A DNA stretch of 63,927 nt, counting the filler, from Octopus bimaculoides (lineage: Eukaryota): NCBI RefSeq assembly GCF_001194135.2. It is 8 parts of 4 records of this genome, joined end to end, with 100 filler letters (N's around TTAATTAATTAA, not from the genome) between each part and the next. Parts side by side here need not be neighbours in the genome. Positions count along the whole stretch, not along the records: positions 23,294 to 42,726 come from NC_068999.1; 7 more parts are not named here. One strand, given 5' to 3'. Of this stretch, positions 23,294 through 36,320 are shown in pieces. Position 1 is the stretch's first letter, and every line of letters starts with the position of its first letter. The translations under genes and the position numbers were made by a program. The notes beneath the pieces were generated by a model that searched no databases, was not told the DNA's origin, and was given only the letters and a program-made list of their open reading frames with translations.

Positions 23294-24369
23294 ATTCATT
23301 CCGTCTTCTAAAATTCCCTTGTCCGTCACGAAAAATACTCATCCAGTACGGTTTTGACCTCGTCTACAGAATTCCTATTTTTTCCATTCAAATTATTTTG
23401 AAGATGGAATAAATGATAATCAGATGGGGCAATATCTGGCGAATATGGTGTGTGGGGCATCATTTTCCATTCAAACTGCTCCCGTCTTTGGAATGTTATC
23501 CTCGCTGTATGTAGCCGAGCATTATCCTGATCGAAGAATTTCTTGCGTCATGAAACCAAAGATGGTCGTTTTTCCTCTAGCGCTGACTTAAGCCGCTCAA
23601 GCTGCTCGCAGTAGATCACCTTTGTTATCGTTTGCTTTGGGTTTAAAATAGACAACACCTTAAGTGAGTGAAGACCTTCTTTAGCCTGGGGCGCAGGTGT
23701 TTCTCCTTTCCCTACCCACTGTTTTAACCATTTAACATTTTTATAGATAACCCATTTCTTGTCACCAGTCACTATTCGGTGCAAAAAATGTTCATTCGTG
23801 AGACGCGACAGCAAAGAAGAGCACGCATTCACTCTCTGCGCGCAATTAGACTCGGAAAGTTTGTGAGGAACCCATTGACCCAATTTGCTGATGTTCCGAT
23901 GGCACATCCAAGCTCTTCTGCTAGTTCCTCAACAGTTACGATGAGATTTTGTTCCACCAGGGTTTGCAGGACTTTCTCATCGAGCTCTACAGATCTTCCA
24001 GTACAAGGCTCATCTTCTAGGCTGTAGTTTCCGGTTCAGAATTCTGGAACCACTGTTGACACTGGCTTACGCTTTTTGTCCGATCCTCATATACTGCATT
24101 AATATTCCTCGCACATTCTGTTATGTTGTTGCTTTTATTGAACTCATAAAGCAAAATATGCCGAATATGCTCCTTTGTCACTTCCATTATAGCTTTGAAA
24201 AAATAACTGTGAAAATCAAACTGCACTCTTCAAAACTTGCACTAAGAATAAGGACAAGGTAAAATTACTACCTGATTTTATAGCAAGTTGATGCAGTTTG
24301 TTTATCTTATCCCACTCCGACCTTTAGTTCATGCAATTGAAAACATTGCATTGTTTATGGGATGACCCA

Positions 24370-24370
<1 letters not shown>
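23294..24370 (-). mobile_element. Decayed mariner (DD34D, Mos1/Hsmar-like) transposon
   Basis: TA|TTGGGTCATCCCATAA terminus at 24370; MEVTKEHIRHILLYEF; WVPHKL; RIVTGDKKW; DNARLH; PYSPDIAPSDYHLF. The other end is lost in a gap. Confidence 0.9.
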
Positions 24371-24402
<32 letters not shown>

Positions 24403-24429
24403 TGTATGTATGTATGTATGCATGTATGC

Positions 24430-24621
24430 ATGTATGTATAAATACGCCTTATCTTCGAAACGTCTAATTAGAATAGAGGCAGCTGACGAAGGATTAATTC
24501 CAAGTGGCTATCTGTTTTCCTATATGTTCGTTCCGTGGTCTGTAGTTCATTGTTCTAACGTAAAGTACCCTGATATGCATCTATATACACATGTAGATGT
24601 AAGTATGTACATATATGTGTG
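24430..24621 (+). repeat. Dispersed repeat family X, copy 1
   Basis: Shares ttcgaaacg...ctgaYgaagg and gtaccc.gatatgca.ctata...gatgt..gtatg.acata with 45060-45410 (-) and 54150-54465 (+). Confidence 0.55.
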
Positions 24622-25199
24622 NNNNNNNNNNTATATATGCGTGTGTGTTGGCATTCCATCTAATGACTCCGCTCAGAAGGCTGTTATGTTGTTTTGGTAG
24701 GAACCTGGTAAAGAAATACATGGAACAAAGGTGATAACTGCGTGGGTTGTATGTTACCTATTAACAATGGTAAAGAAAGCTCACGAACAGCGATATGTTA
24801 GAACCAATGCAGTGTGTTACTGCTGTGTAGATGTTGTCGACGACGTTGGTGAGAAACATCAGTGGTGACGACGAAGATGGAGGTCGCTGTAATGTGGTCA
24901 GTGGTTGGTTAGACCTTAGAAGGTCGGGAACCAACAGAATTTCTTTATTTTCCTAATACAAGGAAACATAGAGGGGACAAACAAGGACAGACAAGAACAT
25001 ATATATGGGTCAGTCGGGTTTTACAAATGATTTAGTTCGGATGGATTTATACAATGTGGATGATATGATATAATATAAGTTTAAAAATTTAAATGGTTCT
25101 TTTCGGGTTTTGGCTTAGTGCACTAACCCGCTGGTTGATTTCCTTTTGTAAATCTTTTCCTGTTCTTCTATGCCCGGACCGGTCGTGTTAGCACAGCTC

Positions 25200-28100
25200 C
25201 TTGCATACTCATCTTTCTTACGATTTCCTTCCATCTTTTCGCGAACATTCCTTGCGACAGGCTCCTCCTCTCCAGACAGATCTTGAAAGCAAGATGGGCA
25301 GTGAAGTAATTCACTAGCCCTCGTCCGGAGATGAACTGTCCTGTCGCAATCCTTTCATCCGCGTCTTACATACCGTCTCTTTCAATATGGTTATTACGCA
25401 GAGAAATACTGGTGAAAGAGGAAGGTGGTACAATCTTTATCATGAACTCAGTCGAGAGCCGTACTCCTTCTGTATCCGACATCAGCTGTTTGGCATCGGC
25501 TATCAACTCCTCACAGTGTAGAAGGCGTGCGTAACCGTTTCACTGGCACGCCCGCACCTCGGATATGTGGGGAAGGTGTCATAACCATGCCTTCATAACC
25601 TTTCCCGAACCGGTAAGGCCGATCGGTAGCACAGCCAGGTCAAGGATTTCTGGTAGTTATCCAGAAATCTCGACCCGAAGGTCCTCCCAAACAGGCTGGC
25701 TAGCTGCTTCTTATCGAAGCCCAGAGTCTCTCCCAGGACATCGTCAGACTTATGCTCTACCAACCCGCTATAAATATCCGCTGTGGTAACTCAGCTGTCA
25801 GCATTGCTCACCCGGGAGAAGTGGGAAGGTGCTTGTTTGCACTCCACCTGCCATTCTCCCGTCTTGGGTCTCCGCCTGATCCATGCTCCTAAGTCCGCAA
25901 GGGACTCACACTTTGGAAAGACCTGTTCGGCAAGCGTTGACCACACCTGCTCACCATCCAGGTGGCACCGAAGATGTCTCAGGCTCAGCGCGTACTTGCG
26001 CATCATCAGCCAGGACATCCCCAGCCCACCCTTTAACGGTTTCTGGCAACAGATGGAGCGCCTCACAAGTGGAAAAGGATCCGCTCCAGCTTGTTCAGCC
26101 ACAAACCGGGGCAAAGCACGACGGTTAGGCGGTAGGTTATAACCGATGCTATGAACATCTGCACAACCTCCACCCTTTCCAACAAGGATAACCTCCTCCC
26201 AGACCACTTCTGGGCTATGGCTGTCACTTTGCTCGGCACCTCACTCCAGTTCTTCTCCACCTGGAGGTCCGGTCCAAACCAGACCCCGAGCATTTTAACC
26301 GGGTCCTCCGTCCAGCGCCCGACGACGCTGTTGGGAGGCATCGACTTGCCCCACCAGGTGCCGAGTTGCAAACCGACTGATTTTTCCTGGTTAATTTTAG
26401 CTCCTGCCACCGTCTCGTATCTTTTTATGGCGTCTTCTACGCGAGGTAGACGCCCTTCATCAGACACGGTGATGGTGACGTCGTCCGCATATGCCGTCAC
26501 ATTTCTCCCATAACAAAGATCATGCGGGCTCACCCCCGTGTTCCCCAATCTCTGCAGCAATGGCTCGAGCACCAACACATACAGAATCGGGGGACAGGGG
26601 GCAGCCCTGGCGAACCGAACGCTCGATCGCGAATGGGTTCGAGAAGAACCCATTCACCTGGACTATTGATTCGATATTGCCGTACATGGCTTTAATCCAG
26701 CCTCGGAAGTTCGGGCCGCCGCCGCCCGGAGGACTGCCACCAGGTATCCGTGGTCAACCCTATCAAACGCCTTAGACTGGTCTAAATTCACCTGTGCCCC
26801 ACCGTTGCCATGTATTTTACCCACCCGCTCTATGGTGAAGCGAATGAGATGAAGGTTGTCCTGTATCGTCCTTCCTGGGATGGCACATGTCTGTGCTTCT
26901 CCCACCAGGTCGCCCACGACAATCCTAACTCTCTTTGCAAGCACCTTGGCCAAAATCTTTAACTTTGTGTTTAGCAGAGTTATGGGCCTAAAATTATTAA
27001 CTTTGTCCCCCTTGTTCGGGTCCTTCCTGATCAGTGTCACCACTCCTCGGCTCACAGCTTTGGGAATCCTTCCATTCTGCTGCCAATTTGTGTACACACT
27101 GGCCAGTACGTCCCCGAACAAGTCTGGCATGCTACTCTAAAATACATAAGGAAGACCATCCAGACCCGGCACCTTGTCCCCGGGGCACTCAGACAGTACC
27201 TCTCTGATCTCCTTGGCTGTGATTGGTCCTTCACAGCGCTCAGCATCACGAGCCGAATGACGCGGGCCGCCGGCCAGAAAACACCGTAAGGCATCCCCAT
27301 GGTCCCTCCTGAACAACGCGGCAAAGTGCTTGTGAAAGGCCTTGCATATCTCCTCTTATCCTTGGATCTCCTGTCCGAACTCATCTGCCAAAGATACAAT
27401 CGTAGCATCGATGCCACGACGGGTTTCTTCCGAGCGAGCCCATCTAGCAACATTGATACCTTCACGGCCCATTGCACGTGTCCTAGCTCGGACTCTGCAT
27501 CCTTCGTATTTGGCATTGAGGTGTCGGTCTAGTGCCGATCTCGCTGCCAACACTTGTGATACACAGCCCGATCTCAGTGCCTCTTCTAATGCCTTAACTA
27601 AATCCCTTTTTATTCTAGTCTGTCTAGACTTAACCGTTTGCTAAATCTAATTGACTCAATTCGAAGGGCTCTTTTGAGGACACTCCACCACAGGTTGTTG
27701 ATCACAGCGCCGGTGAGTACCCTCTTCACTAACACCTTAATCTGGCTACAGTAAGCCTCGCAATCCAATAAAGTCTTGTTCAGCTTCCAGTAGCCAGATC
27801 CCTGTCTATGCATCTTATCTATATTCACCCTACATGTCACTAACTTGTGATCTGTGTAGGGTACGTAGATAAACTGTGAACAACTAAAGCTATGCCTGTC
27901 TCTAGTACTTACGACTATCCTGTCTATATAAGACCTGATCGATCCGTCGTTTCTTGCCCAAGTCCACACTGGAACGTTCGGGTGATCAAGTCTATAACGC
28001 TTCAGCAGATCGATGAGGCCTAAGTTCCCCTTTCTATTCTTCGAGCCCACGCTATCCAGGCGTGCATCCAGTATAGCGTTAAAGTCACCTAGTACAACTA

Positions 28101-28506
28101 CTGTCCTCGATGTCACCAGGAAATTCTTCAGGCGCTGAAAGAAGTCAACCCGTTTGCCTGCATTACCAGGCGCGTAGATGCCGTCCAGCCTGAAGGCCTT
28201 ACCACTGTATGTCAGGTCCAGAACGACCAACTCGCCTTCTGGGTCCACGAAGATTGTACGTATCTGCACGACCTGGCTTTTGCGGATCAAGACAGCCACC
28301 CCTCTACTCCCTCCATCCCGGCTAGGAGAAATTATTTTCTCGTAGTCGTTCAAGAGGGCTGAGAAAGCCTGCAGCTTGTCCAGCCTAGTCTCTGTAATAG
28401 CCATCACATCTATACCATGTGACCTGAGGTCGTCGAGGAGGCACGCCTGCTTCCTCTTCGAGTTCATACGACGCACATTCAAATATGCAATGTTTAACAC
28501 GGCCAT
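25200..28506 (-). pseudogene. LINE ORF2 (AP endonuclease + reverse transcriptase + C-terminal zinc-finger remnant), frameshifted
   Basis: LNVR, ITETR, LGDFNA, SYIDRI, TDHKLV; FRPITLLN, NLDQSKAFDRVDH, AYADDVT, GAKINQEKS, GGLG; ETVTHAFY near 25520. Split over several frames. Confidence 0.92.
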
Positions 28507-28550
28507 TCCAAGTCATAGAAGAAAAGAAAGTCACTTACCATTTTATCTTT

Positions 28551-29795
28551 CTAGAGGAATGGTTTTCCCCTACTTTCGTCCTTTTCATCCAGAAAGGGTT
28601 CAATCGGCGGGTCGAATACTTTTTTTAGGTTCTTAAGGATACAAATGTCTTTAGAGTGGAGTTTAGATACATCATAGTAAAGTGTTCTAGCAAATTTTGC
28701 TATGATTATCGGGCTCTGTTTATAGTCGTTTCTATTTACAGATGAATCTAGATGGGGTCTAATGGCCTCATCTAGATAAATATTTTTGGATTTATAAGCA
28801 ACCGCTACTAAGTCTTTAGGTTTCGGTATGCTTATGGGTATATCTATAAACGACATTTTCTTCTCCTTTTTCTTTTCTGTTTTTCCCGGCTTTAGGACCT
28901 TGATCTTCGGGACCTGTTCCTTATTCGGGGAGTCCATTTTTTTTGGTCTTTTTCTCGAACATACTTGATAGCCATCTGTGGGTTCCTGCGTTTCTTCCTC
29001 GCTGTCTGTGATGAATTCATACGAGGTGGTCACTCTTGCGAGTGCCACCTCTTGGTTGGATGAACTCCTGGTAACGGCCTCCATGGCCGGAAGCTCACCC
29101 TCTTTGGTGGGTGCATTCTTGGTTACGGCCTCCGTGGCCGGGAGTGCACCTTCTTTGGTTCCTGCAAGGGTTATATTTGTCTCCCTGGCCGCGGGTACAA
29201 CCTCTTTTACTTTTAGTTTTTCCTTTAGTTTTTTGGTCGCCGATGTTCCCTCCTGGGGGTCATCTTCCTTGGAGGGGGATAGAGGTAGACTGGTCTATTT
29301 TTTCGTTGTCCAGGAACTTTTCTTTTATATGGCCTTTCTTACCGCACTTAAAACAGCGTGTATAGGAATGCTCACGTCCTCCATAACTATCGTTTCGGGC
29401 AGTTCTTCTAAACCATTAGTCGTGGCTTGGACCAGGATCACGAGGGTCTGGCCCCGCCAATTTTGAGGTCTGTCTCTTGTAATCTGTATGATTCTAATTT
29501 TATCTTCCCTTTTGAAAAGCAGGGTGGCCACGATCTAGCCTACCTCTACCTCTGGGAGGATATTTTTAATCTTTATCCGGGACGTCTTACGTCCCAGATA
29601 TAAAGGTAGTAGAAGAATTTTGCAACTTTGCAAGGTTCGAGTCGAATACTCCTTCGCCCGCTCTGTCGACTCGAACCTTGCCTCTATCGTGACGAATTTC
29701 GTGCCTCTCGTTAAATATTTAATTTCACGTATAGTAGCGCCAAGACACTTCTCTATAGAGCTTTCCTCTAAGTGTTCAAATCTCTTGGATTCCAT
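28551..29795 (-). pseudogene. LINE ORF1, interrupted by stops
   Basis: Consecutive ORF pieces 29535-29795, 29325-29531 and 28551-29084 lie directly upstream of ORF2; internal repeated motif EAVT(K/R). Confidence 0.7.
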
Positions 29796-30201
29796 GTTGT
29801 AGGTTTTGTAAACTATTGTTTTTTCATGCCAAAAAAAGCTTGAATCTCTTCGACTTTTAAATTAATTTGTTCACGGCCGCCGAGGGCCGCCGCAAAATTC
29901 AGTGTTGACCTTTCTTCCATAGAAGCCATTTTCACAATTTTTTAAACAATTCCGTATAACGGAGCACAAAAATATCAATTTTCCAAAAACAGAAAAACAG
30001 TTCAACAGTTCACAATGAATTCCTTCCCCCTAAGGGGGAGGATCACAGTTCATAATATATGTACTTTGTACAAAAATTTCAACAACGTTTCCCTTACGGG
30101 AAACCAACAAGCACAAATATAACAATAACAGCAATGTTTTAACACAACTGACGGCGAAAGCAATCGAGAACCGAACACAAGAAAAGTCGGGAACCAACAG
30201 A

Positions 30202-30365
30202 CGCTGAGACTAGAAAGAGGTGAACTCTTATAGCTGACGGGTAAGCTCAAACGCTGTTTGGAAAAGACTGTCTCACGTGACTTATTTGAAGGCTGCGATT
30301 GGTTGGGTTGCATATTGGCGCGTGATAGAGTAAGAGACTAATTGCGCCAATACTAACCAATCGGA
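30202..30365 (-). promoter_or_regulatory. LTR U3 promoter-like module: four CCAAT boxes, E-box TCACGTGA, TATA-like TATAAGA
   Basis: CCAAT/ATTGG at 30298-30302, 30314-30318, 30347-30351 and 30357-30361; TCACGTGA at 30273-30280; TATA at ~30227-30232. The same module is present in the twin LTR at ~30885-31021. Confidence 0.55.
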
Positions 30366-31530
30366 GTGGTAGACACAACGGGATCCAAAACAGCGCCCAA
30401 AGGTTCTCACTAGAGTTCGCTACAGACAGCCCCCTCCCCCCACACGCACACACACACAACAATCCACCACTTTAGTTGGATTGTTGGTATTCCAGTTAAT
30501 CACTCCGCTCAGAAGGCTGTTATGTTGTTTTGGGAGGAACCCGGTAAAGAAATGCATGGAACAAAGGTGATAACTTTAAATACGTTTATTGTGGTCACAT
30601 GTATATATACACAAGCTGAATAGAAGTGGTTGATGTACGTTTATTCATATATCTACATGCATCTGCGTGGGTTGTATGTTACCTGTTAACCCTGGTGAAG
30701 AAAGTTCACAAGCAGTGATATGTTAGAACCAGTGCAGTGTGTTGGTGCTGTGTAGATGTTGTCGACGATGTTGGTGAGAAACATCAGTGGTGGCGACGAA
30801 GATGGATGTCGCTGTAATGTGGTCAGTGGTTAGACCTTAGAAGATCGGGAACCAACAGACGTTGAGACTAGAAAGAGGTGAACTCTTATAGCTGACGGGT
30901 AGGCTCAAACGCTGTTTGGAAAAGACTGTCTCACGTGACTTATTTGAAGGCTGTGATTGGTTGGGTTGCATATTGGCGTGCGATAGTGTAAGAGACTAAT
31001 TGCGCCAATACTAACCAATCGGAGTGGTAGACACAGCAGGATCCAAAACAGCGCCTAAAGGTTGTCTGTTACCTGCTACGTTCGTAAGTATGTAATATAA
31101 GAAAGGAAACTCACTAGAGTTCGCTACATATATATACGAGTGAGTGAATGGACAAACAAAAGAAAAAGGCACTCAAGAGTTACACGTTATATTTAAATAG
31201 GTTGATTTGGTTTCAAGCGACTTAAAGTTTTGCAAGCACCTAACAGAAGCCCGTCTCTTTCACACTTTGGATAGCCGAATGGAGAGATACAAGAAGTCTA
31301 AGATGCCTACCGGAAGATACGCTGCTATTGGTCAAAGCAGATTACATGATGTCAAAGAATATCAGTTGCTCAGCGACAACAATTCCACACTATTTTAAAA
31401 GTGTGTATGTATAGGTATATGTGTGTGTATATAAATATGTGTGTGTGTGTGCGTGTGTATATAAATATATATATACATATATTGGTAATATATTTTCGTA
31501 TATACATATAAGTTCTTGTATATATGTTTA

Positions 31531-31660
<130 letters not shown>

Positions 31661-33694
31661 CATATGTATATATTTATATAAATTCTTGCATGCAATTTCC
31701 TTATGGATACTTACATGTATTTATTACGTATTAACATGTAAATATATGTGGATATTTGCGCAGATATATTTAGTATAATGAAGAAAGGACGGCTGAATTG
31801 TAAGAAAATTAATTCAAACGCCTATTTTTATGTGCGTGAGCGTTAACGTTAACTTTTCAACTACATAACCATTACAATTTTAAAAAACAACAAAATTATA
31901 ACTAGAATCTGTAACTATCGAAATATATTTCTATATATCTCAAATAATATTAATCCAAATTCGTTTAGGTCGAAGACAATCTTTGGCTATTATAATAACA
32001 TATAACAACAATATATAAGTGTAACGATAAAGTTTAAGTTTTATATAACGATAATATGAAATGTCGGGATCGTAATCAGTTTGCAAAGGATTGGTTCTAC
32101 GTTGATTGCCATTATGTAAAGATGAAAAAAAACAGTAATTGAAGTTGTGAAGAAAATATTTATTTTTACCGTTACATTGTATATACCTTGCCTCGACGGG
32201 CAGGTGATAAAGTCCTAGAGCATACGAAGTAAAAAAGTTAATTTCGGCCTGTGTGTTCTTATTGTAGTAGTATGTTCTTACTGTAGTGGTAAACCATAGA
32301 GAGAGATATGGTAATGTGCAGAGAAGAGAAATTGGGTTAGTGAAAGTGAGAGAGTGTGGGACGTAACAATTGCTTCGTTGGCGAGATACCATAGTTGTTC
32401 TCTTTGCCCTTTTCTTTTTGCGACGGCGTTTTGTTTAGCCTGTCAGCCAGACTCCGTTCTCACTAACTGAGTTGTCATCAACTGACTAACTAATTGAGCT
32501 ATCACTAACTGACTGATTTTTGCTTGGGGGTTCTTGTTTTTATAACTATCCAGAAGGATAAACATATCGTTGAGAACAATGAATTTCGTTGGTTGGTACT
32601 TGTTATCTTAATTCTAGTTTTTGGTGGCGTATAAGAGGTTAGAAGGGTCAAGTGGTGAAGACATTATTTCGGCCTAGCTAAGGCAATCTGGCAAATGTAA
32701 AACTGCTGTCACAGAAAAACTATTATTTCACCGAGAGAAAAGTTCTGTTGAACTGTTACTTGAAATTTGGCTATGGTGGATCGAATCCACTTCATGCCTG
32801 CAAGATCCGTGTATAAATTAAGTATCAGGGCATTACTTAATCTAGAGACTGTAATAAAATGTGTAAATAAATATAAATGATTATATAGTATTATATTGGT
32901 GGTATATAACAACTCTTCTCTTTCATTTAAAGTTACTGATATAAAAAAAAGATTGTTTAAAATAACTAACAAAAAATTTCTTTATTTACTTAATTTATTG
33001 GAGGGAGAATTCCGTAATAAATATGAAGAGAAACTTAGAACTACAATAGCTATAATCTATATCACCCCATCGATATAGAGTTGGGCTATAATAATGGATA
33101 TCAAAATATTACTAGTTTTCAGAAGTAATCAAATTTGAAGTTGCTTAAATAAGGATTATTCACCGTAACTAACAAGAAAATGTCCGTAAGCAAAACAAGG
33201 ATTTAGTACCGATAAACGATAAATCTAATCAATATTATTTTTTTAGATAAAGAACTATAAATAGTATATATCCAAATTTTATTAATTCTTTGAGAAGTAA
33301 CAAAATTAGATTATTGCAATAAGAATACAAGCTATAAGCTATACAATAGTATAAGAATTATTATTGTGGTTATAAAATTTAGTTAGTAAGTCAAATAAAA
33401 CTATTCATTTATTATTATCATCATCATCATCATCATTATTATTATCATCATTATTATCATCATCATCAATTAATTAATTAAATGGACGTATTTATACTAT
33501 AATTATTTAGTATAATGAAGATATCTTATTTGTAATTTGTAATTAAAATCAAATTACTAACATAATGATGTATTTTACAGTAACTACAAGAATTTGCATT
33601 AAAAAGATTCAAAATATTCTGAATTAATCCACTAAAAAATTAATTTTCCAAATTCTACATTATTATATAGATTAAGATCACAAAACTTTAAAAT

Positions 33695-33960
<266 letters not shown>

Positions 33961-34139
33961 ACAACTATATATATATCGTGAAGTATATTTGCCACCTAAA
34001 CGTGGCTAACCCTTAAGGGTTGATGCTACTGTAACTTGTAGCCCCAGAAATACATCTTCTCCAGCTGGCTATTGACACACTGTCTGTGCCCTATCAGTAT
34101 TTGCATCGTTCCCATCTCCAGGCTCACGTGATACACACG

Positions 34140-34172
34140 GACCCGAGTTTCTGGGTATTGACCCGTCATCAG
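34140..34172 (-). ncRNA. Degenerate hammerhead-like core
   Basis: Minus strand: CTGATGA-c-gggt caat accc-a-GAAAC-tcgg-GTC. No stem I pairing found. Confidence 0.35.
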
Positions 34173-34430
34173 ATTTATTCATAGATACACAAAGATATAT
34201 ACGTACAAGATGAATATATAGAAGTATACAACCAATATATACACATCGAAATACAAACCTACATATACACATACATATGCATATATAAATGGATACATAG
34301 GAGTACAAATAATACACACTTAATGACATTTTCTAAACACATATTTAGGAATAGTGTGTACAAGATAGAACACTCTCACGTCTTTCATTAAGTAATTTCT
34401 TCGTAGATGTTAATCTATAATTAAATCCCG

Positions 34431-34496
<66 letters not shown>

Positions 34497-34498
<2 letters not shown>

Positions 34499-34974
34499 CA
34501 GCCGTATTTTTCAACTGATTTTCTCCAAACTGGGAACATACAATATTTATGTTCCAAGGATGGTTTTACACTCTTAAAATTTTTCACATAATGAGTAACG
34601 AGTCTTATCCACGTTATCTCTTATCCAGGTTATCTCTTATCCACGTTATCCACGTTACATAATGAGTGACGTGGATAAGAGAGATAACTCTTTGCGAAAT
34701 AACTTTCAGAAATTGATTCTCTCCCTTACATCCATCGGTCATGATTTTTTTTTAATATCGCTTTTTATATCAGATTCACGTCTTTGAAAGTTTTTAAAAT
34801 ATTTACTTCCGGTTTTCTAGCATCAGTGACGTCTACATCTCTCTATCTATATCTCTTTGTCCATCTCTCTCTATCTATATCTCTCTATCCATCTCTATAG
34901 CTATCTCTTTGTATCTATCTGTTTATATCTTATCTATCTATCTATATCTATCTTATTTGTCTAACTAGCTAGCC

Positions 34975-35021
<47 letters not shown>

Positions 35022-35331
35022 TTACTCTCTATTGCTTTCATTTTCATTTTACAGACGCTATTGTTTTCACTTTAAGCTCTATCGCTATTGTTTTCACTTT
35101 AAGCGCAATCGCTATTGTTTTCACTATAAGTTTACAAACAACAACGCCAAATTACTGACAGTTCACAACTACTGACCAAAGTAATTTCATACATAATTTA
35201 CTGACAGAAGTAACTTCATAAATTTCACTTCAATCCGTACACTTCGTTAAATTTGCCTACAAATTTTTTTATTTACATTTGCCATGTTTTATGTGTGTGT
35301 GTTTTTGTGGGGGTGACGGAATTACTGATAA
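34497..35331 (-). mobile_element. Possible non-autonomous Helitron/Helentron-like (DINE/HINE-like) element
   Basis: Minus strand ends cccagtttggagaaaatcagttgaaaaatacggctg plus (AC)n; internal short tandem repeats, hairpin and microsatellite. Family call is by resemblance only. Confidence 0.35.
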
Positions 35332-35769
35332 NNNNNNNNNNNNNNNNNNNNNNNNNNNNNNNNNNNNNNNNNNNNNNNNNNNNNNNNNNNNNNNNNNNNN
35401 NNNNNNNNNNNNNNNNNNNNNNNNNNNNNNNNNNNNNNNNNNNNNNNNNNNNNNNNNNNNNNNNNNNNNNNNNNNNNNNNNNNNNNNNNNNNNNNNNNNN
35501 NNNNNNNNNNNNNNNNNNNNNNNNNNNNNNNNNNNNNNNNNNNNNNNNNNNNNNNNNNNNNNNNNNNNNNNNNNNNNNNNNNNNNNNNNNNNNNNNNNNN
35601 NNNNNNNNNNNNNNNNNNNNNNNNNNNNNNNNNNNNNNNNNNNNNNNNNNNNNNNNNNNNNNNNNNNNNNNNNNNNNNNNNNNNNNNNNNNNNNNNNNNN
35701 NNNNNNNNNNNNNNNNNNNNGAAAACAATCGGATTTTTTGCGTGGAATCAAGTACCCTGACCTCCTAAT

Positions 35770-36320
35770 CTCAGAACTTGAGGCAATCCAACGAAACTAC
35801 ACGAAGAAGATAGCCTCTATGCAGCATATAAGCTATTGGGAAAGACTCAAGAGATTAAGACTCTATTCCTTAGAGCGTAGGCAAGAAAGATATTCCATAA
35901 TATACATCTGGAAGATCCTGGAAGGACTTGTCCCAAACTTTGGCATCGAAAGTTACACAAATAAAAGAACTTGACGCCACTGCATAGTGCCAAGGACTCC
36001 AAATTTGCCATCAAGATTAGGACAAGATACTGCAATAGCCTGGGCTTCAGAGGTCCACAGTTCTTCAATATCCTCCCGAAGGACCTGAGAGACCTGCATA
36101 GGGTGGATGTAGGTATCTTCAAAATAAAGCTGGACCTCTTCCTGCCAAGTGTCCCAGATGAACCAACTTCGCGGCAGGAGGTGCAAAATCTCTCATGCAC
36201 CAAATGTCAATTCCTGAAAAGCATTCGTGAAGTAAAATTATGTAGCAACACCAAATGGCGGTGCCCCAGCATGGCCACAGCTCATGAGCTGAAACTAGAT
36301 TAAATGAAAAAAATGAAAAA
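35770..36320 (+). mobile_element. CR1-type LINE 3' end
   Basis: SELEAIQRNYTKKIASMQHISYWERLKRLRLYSLERRQERYSIIYIWKIL; GPQFFNILPKDLR...FKIKLDLFL..VPDEP. Confidence 0.88.

Larger units (their letters stand above)
24939..30185 (-). mobile_element. Full-length (5247 bp) L1/Tx1-type non-LTR retrotransposon, decayed
   Basis: 16-bp TSD gtcgggaaccaacaga at 24923-24938 and 30186-30201; 5' UTR, ORF1, ORF2 (APE-RT-Cys motif); 3' end ...ggaaaataaagaaat. Confidence 0.92.
24646..31128 (-). mobile_element. Miniature LTR element (LTR 30482-31128; 57-bp internal region; LTR 24646-30424 interrupted by a LINE)
   Basis: Two diverged direct repeats that read TGTAGCGAAC...CCAACA on the minus strand. Internal segment carries TGGTGGA (PBS-like) and GGGGGGAGGGGG (PPT-like). 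TATA, CCAAT and AATAAA motifs lie in the LTR. Confidence 0.75.

Noticed and set aside
31201-31398. Plus-strand open frame VDLVSSDLKFCKHL...STLF after an AG
   Set aside because: No recognisable homology, weak acceptor, no partner exon.
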